Assembly (NCBI GenBank): GCA_964476445.1
Contig: CAYZAK010000004.1
Coordinates: forward strand, 491 to 64,490
From: an uncultured bacterium
GTDB taxonomy: Bacteria > CG03 > SLGR01 > JAGXOG01
Length of the DNA: 64,000 nt
Direction of reading: 5' to 3'
This document shows, in pieces, positions 29,454-37,136 of the stretch. A program made the translations under genes and the position numbers. Position 1 is the first letter of the stretch. Every line of letters begins with the position of its first letter. Below the pieces are notes generated by a model that worked only from the letters and a program-made list of their open reading frames with translations, made no database searches and was not told the DNA's origin.

Positions 29454-32126
29454 TTGAAAAACCAAAAAATACTAATAAAATTTGTAAAGGTACTTCTTAC
29501 AGCATTAATATTGCTGGGGCTTTATGTTATGGCGGAAGTTAATTACTTACTGTTTCATTCTCTTGTCGAAATATTCAGTGTGGTTGTGGCTTGTACATTA
29601 TTTATTATTGTCTATAATTCTAAAGTTGATAAAGAGCAGAACGCGTATCTCATTTTACTGGGTGTCGCCTACCTATTTGTGGGTTTAACCGATCTTGTCC
29701 ATGTACTTGCCTATTCGGGAATGGGGATTTTTCAGGAGGGAGGGGGAAATTTAGCCACCCAACTTTGGATCGCCGGCCGGTATCTGGAAGTATTTTCTCT
29801 TCTGGGGGCATTTATTGTTTATAAGAAAAAAGTAATATGCAAAAATGCCAATTATCTTTTAGGGTTTTATTCTTTTATATTTACGCTTTTAATGCTCTCA
29901 ATATTTTGGTGGAATATATTTCCGGTCTGTTTTGTCGAAGGTGCCGGTCTTACCCGGTTTAAGGTTATAAGTGAATACTTTATCGTAGGCCTGCTTTTAA
30001 TATTGATTGCTCTAGTTTATAAAAACAGAAAAATTTTTATTAAAGGAAATGATAAGCTAATTTTAAAAATAGTGGTATTTACAATGCTCGCAGAACTGGC
30101 TTTTACTTTTTATGTGGGAGTCTATGATATTTCAAACTTTATAGGTCATATATTTAAATTAATATCTTTTTACTATGTCTATAAATTTATTGTTAAAAAT
30201 CTAATAAAAGAGCCCCAGGAAGTACTGTATGAAAAACTCAGCGAAAAAGAACGAAAGTACAGAGAATTATCTGAAGAATTCGAACTTATATTAGACCATA
30301 TTCCCGATATTATATATTACAAGGATAACCACAATAGTTTTCTAAAGGTAAATAAAAGTCTTGCCAAAGCCCACGGGATGACAAAAGAAGAATTAGAAGG
30401 GAAAAGCCTTTTTGACTTATACCCTGAAGATGAAGCTCGGGAGTATTGGGAGGATGACATGGAGGTTTTGGAGACAAAAAAACCGAAATTGAATATAATT
30501 GAACCCTGGTCTCCGGATGAAAACCGCTGTGTTAAGACCAGTAAGATACCCTATATAGTTAACGGAGAAGTAAGGGGAATAGTGGGGATTTCGACCGATA
30601 TTACAAAGCAGAAAAAAAAAGAACAGCAAATTAAAAATGAACGCAAAAAATTTAAAAAGATATTCCACAGTTCCAATGACGCAATGTATATACACAACTT
30701 AACGAAAGAGGGTATGCCCGGTAGGTTTGTGGAAGTTAACAGTACTGCCTGTAAAATGTTGGGCTATACCCGGGAAGAACTTTTAGATATGTCTCCAAAA
30801 GAGATTGATGCCGGAGAAAAGAGCAAAAAAATGGCTGCAATTATGGAAAAGCTGGTAAGAGCCGGGTCTATGAAATTCGAAATGACTCACCAATCTAAGG
30901 ACGGGAAATGTATTCCCGTGGAAATACATTCCCACATTTTTAAACTGGATGGAAAAGATAGGGTACTATCTGTGGCCCGCGATATATCAGACAGGCTGAA
31001 AAAAGAGAAAAAACTGGTAAAACTTAACGAATATTTAACCAAAATTTTTGACAACACCAATATGTGGATAAATGTTCTGGATAAAGAAGGGAATGTCCTT
31101 ATATGGAACCGGGCAGCCGAAGAAATCTCCGGTTACTCCGCGGAGGAGGCTAAAGGAAATAATAAAATATGGAAATTACTCTACCCTGAAAAAGCATACT
31201 GGAAGAAGGTATTTCAAAAAGTTAAAAATATAATTCAAAACGACGAAACCGTAGAGGGTTATGAAACGATAATTACCGATAAGGCCGGCAATAAGAAATA
31301 TATTCAATGTACATATAACTCTTTAAAAGATAAAGACGGTCAAATAATAGGTTCTGTGGCTATAGGCCGGAATGTTACAAATATTAAAAAAATGAGAGCA
31401 AGAGAGAAAGAACTGCAAAAAGAAATTGCTGAAAGGGAAAAGATGTATCATCTAGGTCAGATGTCCGCCGGGGTGGCCCACGAGATAAATAATCCTCTGA
31501 CCAACATACTTACAACCGCCCAGTTGCTTTTAGAAGAAGATATAAATGCGCAATACCGCGATGATATAGAAATTATAAGAAAAAATACCGAAAGAATAGC
31601 AGCCACCGTAAAAGGATTTCTGGGATTTACAAAAGATCGGGATTTTAAGTTCAGGGCCGTGGATGTAAATAAACTGCTTGATAAAACTATTAAGTTGGTA
31701 GATAAAGATCGAAGGGATGATATTGAAATTTTGAAAAAATATGACAGAAATATGTCCAATATCAAAACCAGCAGTTTTCACTTAGAAGAAGTATTTGTCA
31801 ACCTGATTAAAAATGCATTAGAAAGTATGGAGAGTTCTCCTGAAAAAGTGTTGACTTTAAAAACAGAGGTGGAAGGGAAATATGTACGAATTTCCATAAA
31901 AGATACGGGGGAGGGGATAAAACAAGAGAATTTCAAAAAGTTATTTGAGCCATATTTTACCACAAAAGGTAAAAAAGGAACCGGGCTAGGGCTGCCCACC
32001 TGCAAATATATTCTGAAAAAACTCGACGGGAAAATTAATGTAAAAAGTGAAGGAAAGGGTAATGGTATCGAATTTATACTGATATTGCCATTAGCAAAAA
32101 AAGAAAAAGGAGGTAAAAGTATATAA
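29454..32126 (+). CDS. Membrane sensor histidine kinase: polytopic MASE3-like N-terminal domain, three PAS/PAC domains, HisKA and HATPase_c
   Basis: About 260 aa of hydrophobic helices (LFHSLVEIFSVVVACTLFII is reminiscent of the MASE3 signature). Three PAS cores. H-box GQMSAGVAHEINNPLT. N, G1 (DTGEGI) and G2 (GTGLGL) boxes. TTG start. Confidence 0.85.
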   Translation: MKNQKILIKFVKVLLTALILLGLYVMAEVNYLLFHSLVEIFSVVVACTLFIIVYNSKVDKEQNAYLILLGVAYLFVGLTDLVHVLAYSGMGIFQEGGGNLATQLWIAGRYLEVFSLLGAFIVYKKKVICKNANYLLGFYSFIFTLLMLSIFWWNIFPVCFVEGAGLTRFKVISEYFIVGLLLILIALVYKNRKIFIKGNDKLILKIVVFTMLAELAFTFYVGVYDISNFIGHIFKLISFYYVYKFIVKNLIKEPQEVLYEKLSEKERKYRELSEEFELILDHIPDIIYYKDNHNSFLKVNKSLAKAHGMTKEELEGKSLFDLYPEDEAREYWEDDMEVLETKKPKLNIIEPWSPDENRCVKTSKIPYIVNGEVRGIVGISTDITKQKKKEQQIKNERKKFKKIFHSSNDAMYIHNLTKEGMPGRFVEVNSTACKMLGYTREELLDMSPKEIDAGEKSKKMAAIMEKLVRAGSMKFEMTHQSKDGKCIPVEIHSHIFKLDGKDRVLSVARDISDRLKKEKKLVKLNEYLTKIFDNTNMWINVLDKEGNVLIWNRAAEEISGYSAEEAKGNNKIWKLLYPEKAYWKKVFQKVKNIIQNDETVEGYETIITDKAGNKKYIQCTYNSLKDKDGQIIGSVAIGRNVTNIKKMRAREKELQKEIAEREKMYHLGQMSAGVAHEINNPLTNILTTAQLLLEEDINAQYRDDIEIIRKNTERIAATVKGFLGFTKDRDFKFRAVDVNKLLDKTIKLVDKDRRDDIEILKKYDRNMSNIKTSSFHLEEVFVNLIKNALESMESSPEKVLTLKTEVEGKYVRISIKDTGEGIKQENFKKLFEPYFTTKGKKGTGLGLPTCKYILKKLDGKINVKSEGKGNGIEFILILPLAKKEKGGKSI
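31799..31867 (+). repeat. 69-nt segment about 93% identical to 34637-34705 (HATPase_c N-box region of two paralogous histidine kinases)
   Basis: Direct reading: caacctgattaaaaatgcattagaaagtatggaga is identical in both copies, with about 5 mismatches over 69 nt. The flanking coding DNA is much more diverged. Confidence 0.6.
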
Positions 32127-32184
32127 TTAAGAGTTTTCATTATTAAGTTCATAACAGTGCTCTTTTTTATATAACAGTAAATAT

Positions 32185-32457
32185 ATGATACAAGATTTTA
32201 AATTTAAAGTTTATTATATGGGCAATAAAGTTGCTATTGAAGACGAAGTAGAGGAGTTTAAAAATAAATTCAAGGAAAAATTTGATGAATTTCCGGAAGT
32301 TGAACTTATTTCTATTTCCAAAAATACAGAAAGCGCTGAATCTAATAATATACTGGTAACTCCAACTATTTTGAGGATTTCACCGGAACCAAAGATGAAA
32401 ATTGTAGGAGATTTTCCTCAGAAAGAAGAAACATGGAATAAAATTATAAAGGAGTAA
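32185..32457 (+). CDS. kaiB: KaiB-family protein (thioredoxin-like circadian/hourglass component)
   Basis: 90 aa. ILVTPTILRISPEPKMKIVGDF aligns with the KaiB core ILATPTLVKxLPPPVRRIIGDL. Immediately upstream of kaiC. Confidence 0.8.
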   Translation: MIQDFKFKVYYMGNKVAIEDEVEEFKNKFKEKFDEFPEVELISISKNTESAESNNILVTPTILRISPEPKMKIVGDFPQKEETWNKIIKE

Positions 32458-32461
32458 TAAA

Positions 32462-33907
32462 ATGACTGAAGCAGTAAAAAAGTTAAAGACAGGGATAGAA
32501 GGGTTGGATAATATGCTTAAAGGCGGTATTCCCCAAAACCGGATGGTGGTAGTTTCCGGTGCCGCGGGTACTGGAAAATCGGTTATGTTAAATAATTTTT
32601 TGTATACGGGAATCCGGGACTTTTCACAGAACGGCGTGCTGGTAACGTTTGAAGAATCGCCGAGAGATATAAAAAAGAATGTGAAAGGGTTTGGCTGGGA
32701 TTACGACAAGTTAGAAGAAGAAAATAAGTTGTTTATTGTAGATATGACTCCGGCAATTTCAGGTAAAGTAATGGTTATAAAAGAAGATTTTGACATGGAC
32801 CCTATAATTGAAAGAGTGCTGTACGCGGTGAACAAAGTCGGGGCCAAAAGAGTGGCATTAGACGGTATAGATTCACTTTTTTCCAGGTTTAAGAATAAAA
32901 AAATAATAAGAAATACGATATACAGGCTGAGCACAGCCCTAAAGGAAAAGGGTATAACCGGCTTTATAGCCATGGAATCTTTAACATCTTCTCCCGGAAG
33001 TACCCGATACGGCGTAGAAGAGTTTGTCACCGACGGGGCTGTTGGACTGAAAATGATAGAAGGAGAGCTGGAATTTGTACGGAAACTTTTTATAAGGAAA
33101 CTCAGAGGGTGCAGTTTTCGCAGCGGGATAGTTGAGTATGAAATAAACAGCCAGGGAATGAGAGTTTTTTCCAGACTAAATAAAAAAGATTTAGATGTTA
33201 AGACGGATTTTAAAAATAGATTAAAAACGGGAATGGAAGGAGTTGATTCGGCATTGACCGGAGGGATACCCCGGGGACATAGCGTACTGTTGTCCGGAAA
33301 TTCGGGTACGGGTAAGACTCTTTTTGGGATTAAATTCTTAATTGAAGGTATAGAACAAGGAGATAAATCCGTAATGGTGGCTCTGGAAGAATCTAAAACA
33401 CAGATTAAAAAGACATCCTTAGAACACGGCTGGGATCTGGATAAAATGGAAAAAAACGGCCAAATTTCGTTTATAACAGCCAATCTCCTAGACACCCAAA
33501 TTAATAAGCTGTTGAACGATATTAAAGATGAAATCAAAAAGACGGGGGCCACCAGACTTGTAATAGATTCTATATCCAGTCTGGAATCCGCGTCTATGCA
33601 GGGTAATAAAGTGAGACAATTTATGATTCAGTTAAATAATTTTTTAAAAAATCAGGGAACTACTACCATATTGAATTATTTATCTTCAGCTAATTTCGGG
33701 GCTGCGGGCAACCATCTGCTTTCCGCTTTAAAGACAAATACTTTACGATTGAGTTCCATAACCGACGGTATATTAATTATGCTTTATGTTGAGGGCAAGA
33801 AAGAAGTTGGGCGAGTCTTTAATGTACTTAAAATGAGAGGAATACAACACGATAAAAGTATAATTAAGTATGAGATAATAAAAGGTGGGGTAAAACTTAA
33901 AAAGTAA
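32462..33907 (+). CDS. kaiC: KaiC-family double-RecA ATPase/autokinase (481 aa, lacks a KaiA-binding C-terminal tail)
   Basis: CI domain has Walker A SGAAGTGKS and catalytic glutamates VLVTFEESPRDIKKNVKGFGWDY (compare KaiC VFVTFEETPQDIIKNARSFGWDL). CII domain has Walker A SGNSGTGKT and VMVALEESKTQI. The phosphosite region LSSITDGILIM corresponds to the KaiC ...HISTITDTIILL (S431/T432) loop. Confidence 0.88.
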   Translation: MTEAVKKLKTGIEGLDNMLKGGIPQNRMVVVSGAAGTGKSVMLNNFLYTGIRDFSQNGVLVTFEESPRDIKKNVKGFGWDYDKLEEENKLFIVDMTPAISGKVMVIKEDFDMDPIIERVLYAVNKVGAKRVALDGIDSLFSRFKNKKIIRNTIYRLSTALKEKGITGFIAMESLTSSPGSTRYGVEEFVTDGAVGLKMIEGELEFVRKLFIRKLRGCSFRSGIVEYEINSQGMRVFSRLNKKDLDVKTDFKNRLKTGMEGVDSALTGGIPRGHSVLLSGNSGTGKTLFGIKFLIEGIEQGDKSVMVALEESKTQIKKTSLEHGWDLDKMEKNGQISFITANLLDTQINKLLNDIKDEIKKTGATRLVIDSISSLESASMQGNKVRQFMIQLNNFLKNQGTTTILNYLSSANFGAAGNHLLSALKTNTLRLSSITDGILIMLYVEGKKEVGRVFNVLKMRGIQHDKSIIKYEIIKGGVKLKK

Positions 33908-33911
33908 TTTC

Positions 33912-34940
33912 ATGAATTCTAAAAATCAGTTAGATGAGAACATGAATTTTAGAAAAATGGTTGAGAACAGTCTCGACGGTCTGGTGGTGGTAGATGATTA
34001 TGGGACTATTATTTACGGCAACCGGGCGGCAAAGAAGATTTTCGGAAGAAAAAATATCAATGGAACAGATTTTGGAATACCCTGTAAAGAAAATGAGATG
34101 AGTGAAGTTCAGATACCCGGTTATAAAGATTCGGGGTTTAAATACGCGGAAATAAAAACCGCCCGGGTCAGTTTGGAGATCGGGCCGGTATATGTTGTTA
34201 ATATAAGGGATATAACCCGGAGAAAAAAAGCGGAAAGGAATTACAGAAAATACCGTAAATTATTTGAAAAGAACGAAAAAAAAGTTTTAATGGGCAAAAT
34301 GGCCGGGGGTATGGCTCATGAAATAAATAATCCTCTTACCTCCATTATGGCGATAGTTCAGTTGCTGTTAGAAAAATGCAATGATCGAAAAAACAGGGAG
34401 GATTTAAAGGTTCTGGAGAAAAATGCAAATAGAATTTCCAATACGGTCAAAAGCTTCCTGAGTTTTTCAAAAGACCGGGACTATGTGTATAAAAAAGTTA
34501 AACTGGGCAAAATAATAGATAAAAGCCTAAGTTTTTTAGATAGAAAAAGAAAAGCAAAAGTTAAGATAAATAAAAAATACGGTAAAAATATACCGGAGGT
34601 GAAAACCAGCCGGTTTCATTTAGAAGAGGTGCTGACCAACCTGATTAAAAATGCATTAGAAAGTATGGAGAATTCTCCCAAAAAAGTTTTGACTTTAAAA
34701 ACAGAAGAAAAAGAAGGGCAGATTGTTATTTATGTAAAGGATACTGGCCGGGGCATAGAAAAAGAAAATTTTGAGAAAATATTTGAACCCTACTGCACTA
34801 CTAAAGGCAAAAAAGGTACGGGTCTGGGACTGCCCACGTGTAAGGATATAATGAAAAATCTCGGAGGATATATTGAGTTAAAAAGTAAGGGTGAGGGTAA
34901 AGGAGCGGAGTTTATAGTTAAGTTACCCAATAACATCTAA
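33912..34940 (+). CDS. Soluble PAS-HisKA-HATPase_c histidine kinase, paralogous to the kinase core of the 890-aa kinase
   Basis: One PAS domain. H-box GGMAHEINNPLTSI. HATPase_c about 75% identical at protein level to residues about 770-890 of the upstream kinase, including a 69-nt near-identical DNA stretch. Confidence 0.85.
   Translation: MNSKNQLDENMNFRKMVENSLDGLVVVDDYGTIIYGNRAAKKIFGRKNINGTDFGIPCKENEMSEVQIPGYKDSGFKYAEIKTARVSLEIGPVYVVNIRDITRRKKAERNYRKYRKLFEKNEKKVLMGKMAGGMAHEINNPLTSIMAIVQLLLEKCNDRKNREDLKVLEKNANRISNTVKSFLSFSKDRDYVYKKVKLGKIIDKSLSFLDRKRKAKVKINKKYGKNIPEVKTSRFHLEEVLTNLIKNALESMENSPKKVLTLKTEEKEGQIVIYVKDTGRGIEKENFEKIFEPYCTTKGKKGTGLGLPTCKDIMKNLGGYIELKSKGEGKGAEFIVKLPNNI
34637..34705 (+). 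repeat. Second copy of the 69-nt near-identical segment (see 31799-31867)
   Basis: As above. Lies in the HATPase_c of the 342-aa kinase downstream of kaiC. Confidence 0.6.
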
Positions 34941-34987
34941 ATGATATTATTTATTGAAAGGAAAAGGTTAAAAATAAGGAGAATATA

Positions 34988-36577
34988 ATGGAAGGTAAAC
35001 AAGATAAACGGGTTCTTGTGGTTGATGATGAAGAAAATATAAGAAATATAAGCAAGAGAATACTTTCAAAAAAGAGGCTTATGGTAAAAACCGCCCGTTC
35101 CGCCGAAGTGGGGTGGGAATTAATAAAGAAAGAAGAAGATTTTAATGCAATTCTTTTAGATATTGATTTACCGGGCATGAGCGGAATTGATTTCCTAAAA
35201 AAAATGAAAGGTAAAAATATCAGTGCCGAAGTTGTCATGGTTTCGGGTAAGGGTACAATTGAAGATGCGGTAGAGGCCATGAAGCTGGGGGCTTATGATT
35301 ATATAACAAAACCTTTTGATATAAATAAACTACGGACCGTGGTAAAAAAAGCTGTTGAGAAACAAGCTCTTTCCCGGGAACTGGATATATTGCAAGCGGT
35401 TAACAGTATAATTGAGAAGATCAGCCGTCTTAAACCTGTTGAGGAAATAATGGAAAGTATTATTGACTTTTTAATGGAGGCAACCGGAGCTGACGGCGGC
35501 TCTATAGGAATTTGGGATGATAGTAAAGAACTTATAGTAATAGAAGTGGCTAAAGGAGCGGGAGCGGATGAGAGTATAGGTAAAAAAATTAAAAAAGGGG
35601 AAAGACTCTGTGGGTGGGTGGCCGAACATAGAGCGCCGGTTTTTTTAAATAATTCTCCAAATATGGATAAAAGATTTAAAAATATTTACCCAAGAAAAGA
35701 AATATCATCGGGAATAAGCGTTCCTATTGTTAATAGAGATGAGTTTATGGGTGTATTAAATATTAAAAAAATTAATTCCAAAAAAAAATTTACCCGGAAA
35801 GATTTTGAGGTGTCTTCCCTCATAGCAACCCAGGCAGCTTTTGCGGTTAAGAACGCCGCTGATTATGAAAAACTTTTAGATCTGGATAAACTTAAAGACG
35901 AGTTTATTGCCAATGTCTCCCATGAACTCAGAACTCCACTTCAATCTATAATGGTGAGTTGTGAAATAATAGAACAGGAGTTGCCTGAAGATCAGATGGT
36001 TAAAGTGTGTCTTAGGAATTCTAAAAGAATGCATAAACTTATATCTCAGTTATTGGATTTTTCCCGGTGGGAATCGGTGGGTATTTCACTCAATAAGGAA
36101 AAAATAAACTTAAAACAGCTTTGCCGGGAAGTTGAGGAAGATATTGGTCACAAGATAAAACAAAATAATATAAAAGTATCCCATAAATTTAAAAAGAAAG
36201 ATGAAGTATACGGTGATCATGAGGCCCTAAAAAGGGTAATGATAAATCTGCTGGATAATTCTATAAAATACAGTAATAAAGGCAGTAAAGTTAAAGTATT
36301 TGGAAAGAAAAAAAGATATAGTGTTGAAATTTCTGTTGAAGACAACGGAAAAGGTATACCCGCAAATGAAAAGGAAAATATTTTCAACCGGTTTCATCAG
36401 CAGGAACCGGGGAAGCTGATGACTGCAAAACACAAGGGTCTGGGCCTGGGTTTGTCTATGGTAAAAAAAATAGTTGAGGCTCACGGCGGTAAAGTGGGAG
36501 TTGATAGTGTTTCTGGTAAGGGAAGCCGGTTTTATTTTACCATACCCCGTTTTAAAGAGGGAAAACATGAAAAATAA
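34988..36577 (+). CDS. Hybrid REC-GAF-HisKA-HATPase_c histidine kinase
   Basis: N-terminal receiver (VLVVDDEE...LLDIDLPGMSG...KPF). GAF-like middle domain. H-box SHELRTPL. G-boxes DNGKGI and GLGLGL. Confidence 0.85.
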   Translation: MEGKQDKRVLVVDDEENIRNISKRILSKKRLMVKTARSAEVGWELIKKEEDFNAILLDIDLPGMSGIDFLKKMKGKNISAEVVMVSGKGTIEDAVEAMKLGAYDYITKPFDINKLRTVVKKAVEKQALSRELDILQAVNSIIEKISRLKPVEEIMESIIDFLMEATGADGGSIGIWDDSKELIVIEVAKGAGADESIGKKIKKGERLCGWVAEHRAPVFLNNSPNMDKRFKNIYPRKEISSGISVPIVNRDEFMGVLNIKKINSKKKFTRKDFEVSSLIATQAAFAVKNAADYEKLLDLDKLKDEFIANVSHELRTPLQSIMVSCEIIEQELPEDQMVKVCLRNSKRMHKLISQLLDFSRWESVGISLNKEKINLKQLCREVEEDIGHKIKQNNIKVSHKFKKKDEVYGDHEALKRVMINLLDNSIKYSNKGSKVKVFGKKKRYSVEISVEDNGKGIPANEKENIFNRFHQQEPGKLMTAKHKGLGLGLSMVKKIVEAHGGKVGVDSVSGKGSRFYFTIPRFKEGKHEK

Positions 36578-37136
36578 AAAGATATATACTACTAAAGAAG
36601 CATCTGAACTTCTAAACGCGGACATAACTACTATTTCTAACTGGATAGACGAAGGCAAATTAAAAGCCTACCGGACACCCGGAGGGCACCGGAGAGTGCA
36701 GCAGAAGGCATTGTTGAGTTTTGTGAAAAAGTATGAAATGCCGATCTTTGACCGGCAAACTACAACTACAAATTTTCTTATAGTGGACGATGAGCCTAAA
36801 ATCCAGAAAACGGTTAAAAAAATCTTATCTAAAAAATATCCGGAGGCACGTATATTTAAATCCGATAACGGTTTTAAGTCGGGAAAATATCTGGCCCGGG
36901 GAGATATAGATTGCGTTATTCTGGATATTAGAATGCCGGGGATGGACGGTTTTGAAGTTATGGAGCAGATTAAAACCGACCCCGATCTGGGTTCACCGGC
37001 TGTCATAGTAATAACCGGATACTCCGAGGAAGGTCTGAAAGAAGAAGTAAAGGACAAAGGAGCCCAAAAACTTCTTTACAAACCGTTCGATATTAAAGAG
37101 CTAAGGAATGCCGTGGCCGAGGTATTAAATGAGTAA
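36567..37136 (+). CDS. Atypical response regulator: N-terminal excisionase/MerR-type HTH (HTH_17-like) followed by a C-terminal receiver
   Basis: YTTKEASELLNADITTISNWIDEGKLKAYRTPGGHRRV is the Xis/MerR-type HTH. The receiver follows (LIVDDEP...ILDIRMPGMDG...KPF). ATG at 36567 overlaps the upstream stop by 11 nt. The track ORF extends to 36474. Confidence 0.7.
   Translation: MKNKKIYTTKEASELLNADITTISNWIDEGKLKAYRTPGGHRRVQQKALLSFVKKYEMPIFDRQTTTTNFLIVDDEPKIQKTVKKILSKKYPEARIFKSDNGFKSGKYLARGDIDCVILDIRMPGMDGFEVMEQIKTDPDLGSPAVIVITGYSEEGLKEEVKDKGAQKLLYKPFDIKELRNAVAEVLNE

Noticed and set aside
29339-29454. Inverted repeat TTAATCCCTGG ... AAAGGGATTAA in the spacer before the 890-aa kinase
   Set aside because: It is short, AT-rich and has imperfect arms, so it could arise by chance in AT-rich intergenic DNA. 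I kept it only as a note on possible operator structure.
32701-33552. 283-aa ORF on the minus strand inside kaiC
   Set aside because: It is antisense to a gene with unambiguous KaiC motifs on the + strand. Its translation is low-complexity (S/L/I/P-rich) with no recognisable motif and no RBS. It looks like a typical shadow ORF.
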